Of a stretch of 64,000 nt of DNA, positions 57,875-64,000 are shown piece after piece. Position 1 is the first letter of the stretch, and each line of letters opens with the position of its first letter. The stretch is from the IMG/VR virus record IMGVR_UViG_3300046820_001270, positions 1-64,000 of that record; one strand, written 5' to 3'. The stretch is from a virus. Taxonomy: Duplodnaviria > Caudoviricetes. The notes below the pieces were generated by a model that was not told the origin of the DNA, made no database searches, and saw only the letters and a list, made by a program, of their open reading frames with translations. The position numbers and the translations under genes are program-made.

Positions 57875-58312
57875 ATGATATACTGGTTAACTGGACAACC
57901 CGCAGCAGGTAAAACAACATTAGGTACTTGGATTCAATCAAGTTTCCCTAATAAGTCCATAATTGTGGACGGAGACGATATCCGAGAAATATTCGTAAAT
58001 AAAGACTATTCTGAGGAAGGAAGGAAGAAAAACATTGAAAAGGCACAGATTTTGGCTAAGTTCCTTCATCATAAGGGTTATACCGTTATCGTATCGTTAG
58101 TTTCACCATATAGAGATCAAAGAGAAGAGTTTAAGAACGAAATGGGTGATAACTTAAGAGAAATCTATGTACATACCACCCAAGATAGAGGACGTAATCA
58201 TTTTCATGTTGAGGGGTATGAGCCACCTTTAGATAACTACTACGATTGTAATACTACAGATAGTAGTGAATATCAAACATTTTTAGAATTAAGAAGAAAA
58301 TTAAACATTTAA
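57875..58312 (+). CDS. cysC: Adenylyl-sulfate (APS) kinase
   Basis: WLTGQPAAGKTT, VDGDDIRE, RKKNI, VSLVSPY, EIYV, YEPP. Confidence 0.85.
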   Translation: MIYWLTGQPAAGKTTLGTWIQSSFPNKSIIVDGDDIREIFVNKDYSEEGRKKNIEKAQILAKFLHHKGYTVIVSLVSPYRDQREEFKNEMGDNLREIYVHTTQDRGRNHFHVEGYEPPLDNYYDCNTTDSSEYQTFLELRRKLNI

Positions 58313-58316
58313 TAAT

Positions 58317-58682
58317 ATGAGTAAGAAATATGCAATGTATGTTGGCAGATGGCAGAATTGGCACAAGGGCCACGAATGGTTAATTAACCAACAGTTAGAA
58401 AAGGGTAAGGATATTTGGGTTGCAATTAGAAATGTTCCGACAGATGAAAATAATCCTAAAACGGCCCAAGAAGTAATGATGGAATTAGCTGGTGAACCAT
58501 ATTTTATGGAAAATTCACATAGAATTAATATATCCATTATTCCAGATATTGAAAGTATCAATTATGGTAGAGGGGTTGGTTATGACGTTATTTATCACGA
58601 ACCACCACCTGAAGTTGAAGTAATAAGTGGAACTAAAATCCGTAATGGAGAAATGACAACTGACGGTAAAGTTAAAGGATAA
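58317..58682 (+). CDS. HxGH nucleotidyltransferase (cytidylyltransferase-like)
   Basis: YVGRWQNWHKGH, YGRGVGY, ISGTKIR. Confidence 0.75.
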   Translation: MSKKYAMYVGRWQNWHKGHEWLINQQLEKGKDIWVAIRNVPTDENNPKTAQEVMMELAGEPYFMENSHRINISIIPDIESINYGRGVGYDVIYHEPPPEVEVISGTKIRNGEMTTDGKVKG

Positions 58683-59197
58683 TGATACACCAAAGAGTTT
58701 TATTTACCAAAGACGAATGTGATTACCTTATAAATTACAGAAATAATGGTGTTTACCGAAATAACGGAGGGTATGTAAACCATGTTGATATAAATTATAA
58801 ACAGTGGTCAATTTTCAGAAATAGTGATTTAGAATTTTTGTTTGATAGAATTATATCTTTTGCTGAAATATCCTTTGATGTAAAAATAGAAAATTTTAAA
58901 GAGGAAAGTTGGATCTATCAGTGGGAAGTGAATGACGGTTATGGAATGCATAGGGATAATGTTAAAAATAGGAAATTCATAATAGGTGTACAATTGAATG
59001 ACGATTATGTTGGAGGGGATTTAATGGTTGATTATGGTAATCAAATATTAATTGCGGATAAAACAATTGGTAATTGTTATACTTTTGAATCCGCAATGTT
59101 ACACGGAGTTTCACCTATAATATCGGGTAATAGATTTAATATGTTAACTTTTTTTCCAACGTATAATATAAAACAGAATAAAGTTAGTTTAATATGA
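58682..59197 (+). CDS. 2OG-Fe(II) oxygenase
   Basis: GMHRD, QLNDDYVGGDL, LHGVSPI..G.RF; ends VSLI. Confidence 0.85.
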   Translation: MIHQRVLFTKDECDYLINYRNNGVYRNNGGYVNHVDINYKQWSIFRNSDLEFLFDRIISFAEISFDVKIENFKEESWIYQWEVNDGYGMHRDNVKNRKFIIGVQLNDDYVGGDLMVDYGNQILIADKTIGNCYTFESAMLHGVSPIISGNRFNMLTFFPTYNIKQNKVSLI

Positions 59198-59403
59198 TAG
59201 TAGAAAGAAAAAGACACATAGTTAAAACAATATCGTATCGTGTTATTAGTACTTTAATAGGGTTTGTTATAATGTGGTGGGTAAGTGGATCAATTAAAGT
59301 TGGTGCGGCATTTGGTGTGGCGGAATTGATATATAAACCCATACAATATTACATTCACGAAAGAATATGGTATAAGTGGATAAAATATGGATTAAAAAAA
59401 TAA
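59194..59403 (+). CDS. DUF2061-like membrane protein
   Basis: RHIVKTISYR...YYIHERIW. Confidence 0.8.
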   Translation: MIVERKRHIVKTISYRVISTLIGFVIMWWVSGSIKVGAAFGVAELIYKPIQYYIHERIWYKWIKYGLKK

Positions 59404-59439
59404 AAAAAGAAAAAACAATAATCTAATATATAATAAGTT

Positions 59440-60003
59440 ATGATTGGTAATATAGACATATTTGAAAAATTCCTATCACCCGAAGAATGCGACCTTATTT
59501 TAAATAAATGTAAAGGAGAATTAACATTATCAAAGGCGAAAGTATACGGGGATAATTCTAACGATACTCATACTAAAACAATTAGAAAATCATCAATCGG
59601 GTGGATATCTGATTTAGGATTTTTAAATGAAAGATTAACAAATATATTAAAAAAAACATTCACAATAAACGGTATGGAAGTTACTGGATTAGGTAATTAT
59701 CAATTTACTGAATACAAAGAAGACGAATATTTTGATTGGCATACTGATAGTACGGACACTATATATAGAGATAGATTTACATCAATAGTAATTCAATTAA
59801 ACGATACATATCAAGGTGGAATATTGGAAATAAAAAATATTAAAGGAGAACTAGTACCAATAGAAAATAAAATAGGAACGTTATATATTTTTAATTCAAG
59901 ATTATCACATAGAGTAACACCTGTGGTAGATGGTATTAGATACTCATTAGTAAATTGGGTATCATTAGTTAAAACCGATTCAAAAAAACAAAATCTTTTA
60001 TAA
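59440..60003 (+). CDS. 2OG-Fe(II) oxygenase (prolyl-4-hydroxylase-like)
   Basis: FDWHTD, QLNDTYQGGIL, SHRVTPVVDGIRYSLVNW; ends QNLL. Confidence 0.9.
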   Translation: MIGNIDIFEKFLSPEECDLILNKCKGELTLSKAKVYGDNSNDTHTKTIRKSSIGWISDLGFLNERLTNILKKTFTINGMEVTGLGNYQFTEYKEDEYFDWHTDSTDTIYRDRFTSIVIQLNDTYQGGILEIKNIKGELVPIENKIGTLYIFNSRLSHRVTPVVDGIRYSLVNWVSLVKTDSKKQNLL

Positions 60004-60023
60004 TAATAAAAAAACAAAAACAA

Positions 60024-60233
60024 ATGAAAATTTTTAATTTAGGTGATGCCTCACCATCAGGTAGAATGACATTCCTTTCAATAGGGGTGGTGGTATTTAT
60101 AGCCAATTGTTTAGCTGGTTTTGATAACATTAGTTGGGTACATTGGCTACCTCCGGTTCTTTTACCTTTGGCCGCTTTAACTGGAATTTGTCCTTTTAAG
60201 ATCGTATGGGAAAAATTAGGATTTAGAAAATAA
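60024..60233 (+). CDS. DUF2892/YgaP-like membrane protein
   Basis: Two TM segments and AALTGICPF...KLG. Confidence 0.7.
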   Translation: MKIFNLGDASPSGRMTFLSIGVVVFIANCLAGFDNISWVHWLPPVLLPLAALTGICPFKIVWEKLGFRK

Positions 60234-60242
60234 AAAAATAAA

Positions 60243-60578
60243 ATGAAATTTATATTAACATTTGCAATTGCTATTATAATTTTATATTCTATTATTGGTT
60301 GGAAACGAATATTTGATAGATATAAAATGTTTATGAATAAAACTTATTGGACAGATTATAATACAATTGAGTTTGCTGCTTGGTTTGCTAAGGCGATCAT
60401 CATAATACCTGGATTAGTATTCGGAATTGAAATATGGTATCTACATTTCCTAACACTACTTACGTCTTCATTATTGATTTGGGCATCAATGAAAAAGGAT
60501 TTACCTACATTAATTGCTTTTAATACGATATGGATTTGTTTATCATTAACGATATTAATAAGACATTTAATACCATAA
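60243..60578 (+). CDS. Membrane protein
   Basis: 111 aa, about four hydrophobic segments. Confidence 0.75.
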   Translation: MKFILTFAIAIIILYSIIGWKRIFDRYKMFMNKTYWTDYNTIEFAAWFAKAIIIIPGLVFGIEIWYLHFLTLLTSSLLIWASMKKDLPTLIAFNTIWICLSLTILIRHLIP

Positions 60579-60579
60579 T

Positions 60580-61821
60580 ATGAAAGTTACAATTATAGGT
60601 GGAGGAACTGCCGGTTGGTTATCGGGTTTATATTTTAATTCTCAGGGATATGAAGATATTACAATTATAGATAGTTCCAAAGTTGGAATATTAGGTGCGG
60701 GAGAGGCATCTACACCAAATTTAAATGGATTATTATTAAATTTAGGAATTGATAAGATTGATTTTTTAAAAACAACCGGAGCAACCATAAAGGTATCGAA
60801 TGATTTTATAAATTGGTCTCCCTTCGGAGGTAAATACGAAAACCCATTCGGTCACCCCAATAGATTAAAAGAAGAAAATGATAATACATATGGTTATCAT
60901 TTTGATGCGAGAGAATGTGCTAAGTATTTTAAAAATATAGGAATTAATAGAGGAATAAAACATTTAGATGTTAATATTACACATTTTACTCAAAATGAAA
61001 ACGGAGATATTACCAATATTCATACCGAAGAAAAAATAAACATTGAAACAGAATTTGTTATCGATTGTAGTGGTTTTGGTAGATTATGTATCGGTAAATT
61101 ATATAATAGTAAATGGAAATCGTATTCGGAATATTTGAAGGCTAACTGTGCAATTGCATATTTTCTACCACAGGATAGAGTATTGACAGAAAATTCTAAA
61201 ACACATACCCAATCCATTGCTATGAAAAACGGATGGATGTGGCAAGCACCACTACAACATAGATGGGGATGTGGATATGTGTTTAATGATACTTACATTA
61301 CAAATGAAGAGGCTAAAAAAGAAGTTGAAGATTACTTGGGTAGAGAAATTGAAATTGTTAAAACTTTCAAATTTGATGCTGGTGGGTATGAAGAAACATG
61401 GATTAATAATTGTGTTGCACTTGGGTTATCTAGCGGATTTTTAGAACCATTAGAAGGAACATCGTTAATGTCCGTTATATGGTCTTTAAATAAATTAAGT
61501 GATATTAGGTTAGAAAATTGTAATTTTGAAAATAGAAAATTATATAATGAATATGTTAATAATGTAAATTATCAATCTATGTTGTTTGTTAGACATCATT
61601 ATAATTGTGGTCGAACTGATACTAAATTTTGGAGAGATATAAATAATACTAAATTACCATCAGATTTAATTAAAATACTTAGAAGTTTAGAAAAGAATAT
61701 TGAAGACGATTCATTGATTTATATTACAAGTAAAAAAGATGGATTACCAATATTTGGTAAAAATCATTATCAAATAGTTGATTTGGGTCATAAATCAAAA
61801 ACAATAAAAACATTTTTATAA
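60580..61821 (+). CDS. Flavin-dependent halogenase (tryptophan halogenase family)
   Basis: IIGGGTAGW, GAGEAS, GATIK, FVIDCSGF, WMWQAP, GFLEPLEGT; ends KTFL. Confidence 0.88.
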   Translation: MKVTIIGGGTAGWLSGLYFNSQGYEDITIIDSSKVGILGAGEASTPNLNGLLLNLGIDKIDFLKTTGATIKVSNDFINWSPFGGKYENPFGHPNRLKEENDNTYGYHFDARECAKYFKNIGINRGIKHLDVNITHFTQNENGDITNIHTEEKINIETEFVIDCSGFGRLCIGKLYNSKWKSYSEYLKANCAIAYFLPQDRVLTENSKTHTQSIAMKNGWMWQAPLQHRWGCGYVFNDTYITNEEAKKEVEDYLGREIEIVKTFKFDAGGYEETWINNCVALGLSSGFLEPLEGTSLMSVIWSLNKLSDIRLENCNFENRKLYNEYVNNVNYQSMLFVRHHYNCGRTDTKFWRDINNTKLPSDLIKILRSLEKNIEDDSLIYITSKKDGLPIFGKNHYQIVDLGHKSKTIKTFL

Positions 61822-61822
61822 G

Positions 61823-62332
61823 ATGAATCATATATTAGTTGATAATTTTTTTAACGACCCCCATTCAATCAGAAAACTTGCATTGTCTATGGAATATGTT
61901 AAATCATCTAAAAAAACAGGATGGAAAGGATATAGAGTCATTATAAATAATGATGATATAAAAAAATATATTAAATATAAATTAATTGAAATAGATAAAA
62001 AATTTGAAAATTTATTGATAGATGAAATTTTTTTTCATTATATTTTAGAGGAAAATAGAAATGATTTAAAAAAAAGATTACACAAAGACACAACAGATTT
62101 TGCTGGAGTTATTTACCTCACACCAAACCCACCTAAAAATTCAGGAACAACCTTACATAACGATAATACCAATTTGGAGAACGTAATTGATAATGTATAT
62201 AATAGATTTATTTTCTATGACGGAAAAAAATTACACGGCCCACAAGATACTTTTGGTAATAGTATTGAAAATGGTAGATTAACATTAACCATGTTTGCAA
62301 ATATTAGTAAGAATAAAAAAACAATAATATAA
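61823..62332 (+). CDS. 2OG-Fe(II) oxygenase-like protein
   Basis: VDNFFNDP, LHKD, AGVIYLTP, SGTT, NVYNRFIFY, LHG, RLT; ends KTII. Confidence 0.75.
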   Translation: MNHILVDNFFNDPHSIRKLALSMEYVKSSKKTGWKGYRVIINNDDIKKYIKYKLIEIDKKFENLLIDEIFFHYILEENRNDLKKRLHKDTTDFAGVIYLTPNPPKNSGTTLHNDNTNLENVIDNVYNRFIFYDGKKLHGPQDTFGNSIENGRLTLTMFANISKNKKTII

Positions 62333-62334
62333 TT

Positions 62335-62937
62335 ATGATTGAAGAAATAAAATTAAATGATAATACTAATATCTATAAATCAAAAATAAAAATTACCGAT
62401 AAAAATAAATTGATATCGGATATAAAACTTAATTTAGATATTTCCATAAATTCAAAAAATTCAACCCCCACCGAACCTGGTATCCAATCAACTATTGTAA
62501 TATCAACACCTTCCATACGAGAATTAAATGAAAAAATAATAGATGTATTATTTAAAAATTCTAAGATAGATATAAATACACCATATATCACAAATCAATG
62601 GGTTTATATTAGTGATAAGAAGAATACATATTATGGATTTCATTCCCACGATAAGAAAAATCACACAAACATACCGTTACAATGGACATATACTTATTAT
62701 GTCCAAATGCCAAATAATTTAGTTGGGGATGATGGTAAATTAGTTTTTAAATTAGATAATGATACTACACATTCCATATTGCCTGAAGTTGGTGATTTAC
62801 TTATATTTCCCACAACATTATTACATGCACCAATGACTAATACTAATTCGGAAATAGAAAGAATTGTATTTGCTGGAGTTTGGAGTTATATTGACACAAC
62901 AATTCAAATTAGAAAAAAAAATAAAACATTATTATAA
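62335..62937 (+). CDS. 2OG-Fe(II) oxygenase-like protein
   Basis: HSHD, YTYYVQMP, GKLVF, PEVGDLLIFP..LLHAP, RIVFAG; ends KTLL. Confidence 0.75.
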   Translation: MIEEIKLNDNTNIYKSKIKITDKNKLISDIKLNLDISINSKNSTPTEPGIQSTIVISTPSIRELNEKIIDVLFKNSKIDINTPYITNQWVYISDKKNTYYGFHSHDKKNHTNIPLQWTYTYYVQMPNNLVGDDGKLVFKLDNDTTHSILPEVGDLLIFPTTLLHAPMTNTNSEIERIVFAGVWSYIDTTIQIRKKNKTLL

Positions 62938-62938
62938 T

Positions 62939-63226
62939 ATGTTAAATTTTAAAGAAATATTTACATCTTGGGCGAAACTTTCAAATCCAACAGAACAAGA
63001 GGAACGATTAGCTAAAATTAGATTTTCAATATGTGAAGGTTGTCAATATAAGAAAGAGATTATTAAGACAAAGAAGTGGTCGTTATTATGTGGAAAATGT
63101 GGATGTCCTATACGGGCAAAAGTTTTTTCAGATCAGATTAATCCGTGTCCTATGGGATATTGGAAAGATATCGATAAAAATTTTGGATTAGATATTGATG
63201 AAAAGAATAAAAAATCAATAATTTAA
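62939..63226 (+). CDS. Small Cys-rich metal-binding protein
   Basis: ATG at 62939 preferred; R..ICEGC...CGKCGCPIRAK...CPMGYW; ends KSII. Confidence 0.75.
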   Translation: MLNFKEIFTSWAKLSNPTEQEERLAKIRFSICEGCQYKKEIIKTKKWSLLCGKCGCPIRAKVFSDQINPCPMGYWKDIDKNFGLDIDEKNKKSII

Positions 63227-63255
63227 TATATACATATATATAAGTATATTTCAAA

Positions 63256-63292
63256 TTAAATATATAATTTAAATATTAAATTATATATTTAA
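63256..63292. repeat. Perfect 17-bp inverted repeat with a 3-nt spacer, all A/T
   Basis: TTAAATATATAATTTAA-ATA-TTAAATTATATATTTAA. Confidence 0.85.
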
Positions 63293-63315
63293 GAGAACAA
63301 TTACTAAAAATAAAC

Positions 63316-63322
63316 TATTTAT
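63316..63322 (+). promoter_or_regulatory. TATTTAT motif (putative late promoter)
   Basis: AACTATTTATC, 26 nt before the ATG at 63349. Confidence 0.5.
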
Positions 63323-63348
63323 CAAATAACATAAATAATATAAAGAAT

Positions 63349-64000
63349 ATGAAAGGTACAATTATTGGGACGGACTTATTAGAATTTAACAATTCGGTAA
63401 AAATTTTAGAAATAAACACAAATACAACTATCTTCAACAGTGCAGTTGATTTGTTAGATTATACATTATTTTTTGAAATGTTAGTTAATAATAATATTAA
63501 CGAATTACATTTTATTTATAATGAGTCGGATGCGTATATAAATGATACCGATACAATGCTTTTTTTATTTGAAGAAAGATTAAAAACAAAATGTATTGAG
63601 AATGGTATCACATATTTTGATTACAAAGTACCAGCTAATTCTGTAACTGTACCGTTTATTGAAGATGCTAATAATAAATTTATTTTAAGACAGGCATTTG
63701 ATACGACTGCGTTGGTAGATGAAACATATTGTGCAGATAAATTTGAATTTTTTAATTTAATGAAAGATTCACAATATATTCCAAAAACATATATAAATAA
63801 TGGTACTGAATTATCTTTTGACACCTTTAATACTATAAGTAATTATACAAACGGTAGACCAAATTTAGTTAAAAAAGATAGATACCCAAGTTATGATTTT
63901 CATTTATATCCTGCTTTATCTAAATTAACTACCGATGTACAATTATCTCAATTAAAAACATCAGTAGATAATACCACGTTTTTGATACAAGAATTTATTT
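63349..64000 (+). CDS. ATP-grasp-like protein, circularly permuted type (3' truncated, not in ORF track)
   Basis: Hand translation is open to the window end: MKGTIIGTDLLE...KILEINTN...DKFEFF..M...IPKTY...PNLVKK...LIQEFI. Confidence 0.6.
   Translation, partial: MKGTIIGTDLLEFNNSVKILEINTNTTIFNSAVDLLDYTLFFEMLVNNNINELHFIYNESDAYINDTDTMLFLFEERLKTKCIENGITYFDYKVPANSVTVPFIEDANNKFILRQAFDTTALVDETYCADKFEFFNLMKDSQYIPKTYINNGTELSFDTFNTISNYTNGRPNLVKKDRYPSYDFHLYPALSKLTTDVQLSQLKTSVDNTTFLIQEFI

Noticed and set aside
392-63824. Remaining short minus-strand or nested ORFs in the track (for example 392..760, 4507..4824, 30728..31123, 44749..45051, 63621..63824)
   Set aside because: Each is fully overlapped by a longer, motif-bearing gene and has shadow-like composition.
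1-64000. tRNA, rRNA, transposase, integrase, intron or intein
   Set aside because: Intergenic gaps are short and AT-rich with no cloverleaf-like stems, and no such protein motifs were recognised. A tRNAscan/Infernal run would be needed to exclude them fully.
1-64000. Stop-codon reassignment (as in some huge phages)
   Set aside because: Code 11 gives full-length, densely tiled genes; TAA, TGA and TAG (33595) all end intact proteins.

Overview
The window is AT-rich, densely coded and almost entirely on the + strand. It reads as 64 kb of a very large (jumbo/huge) bacteriophage genome, probably infecting Bacteroidota. Phage evidence: S74-chaperoned fibre, amidase-like gene, Dam-type methylase, NusG, intrinsic terminators. 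Host evidence: TAnnTTTG -7 boxes, an Hc1-like nucleoid protein, A-rich starts without Shine-Dalgarno. There are three zones. (1) 1-11.2 kb: membrane/coiled-coil protein, degenerate amidase, acidic virion-like proteins, Hc1-like protein, DNA adenine methylase, NusG, AAA ATPase, thioredoxin, glutaredoxin. (2) 11.2-33.6 kb: four fibre genes built on proline-free (Gly-Ser/Thr-Ser/Asn/Asp)n triplets, a Pro/Thr mucin-like protein, and five adhesin genes that share one N-terminal module but carry different lectin-like heads. (3) 33.6-64 kb: a ~30 kb tailoring island. It holds three GT7 glycosyltransferases each split by a lectin-like insert, other GT-like genes, an O-methyltransferase, six radical SAM enzymes with N-terminal twitch/SPASM motifs, four SGNH-like proteins, a sugar nucleotidyltransferase-cupin-RuBisCO-like trio, a carbamoyltransferase, an APS kinase module, four 2OG-Fe(II) oxygenases, a flavin halogenase and a truncated circularly permuted ATP-grasp. 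Nine island proteins end in a shared K-x-[LIF]-[LI] C-terminal tag. The leading hypothesis (inference) is a phage-encoded glycosylation and decoration system acting on its own Ser/Thr-rich fibres. No rRNA, tRNA, CRISPR array or transposase was recognised. All family calls come from motif recognition by eye, not database searches.
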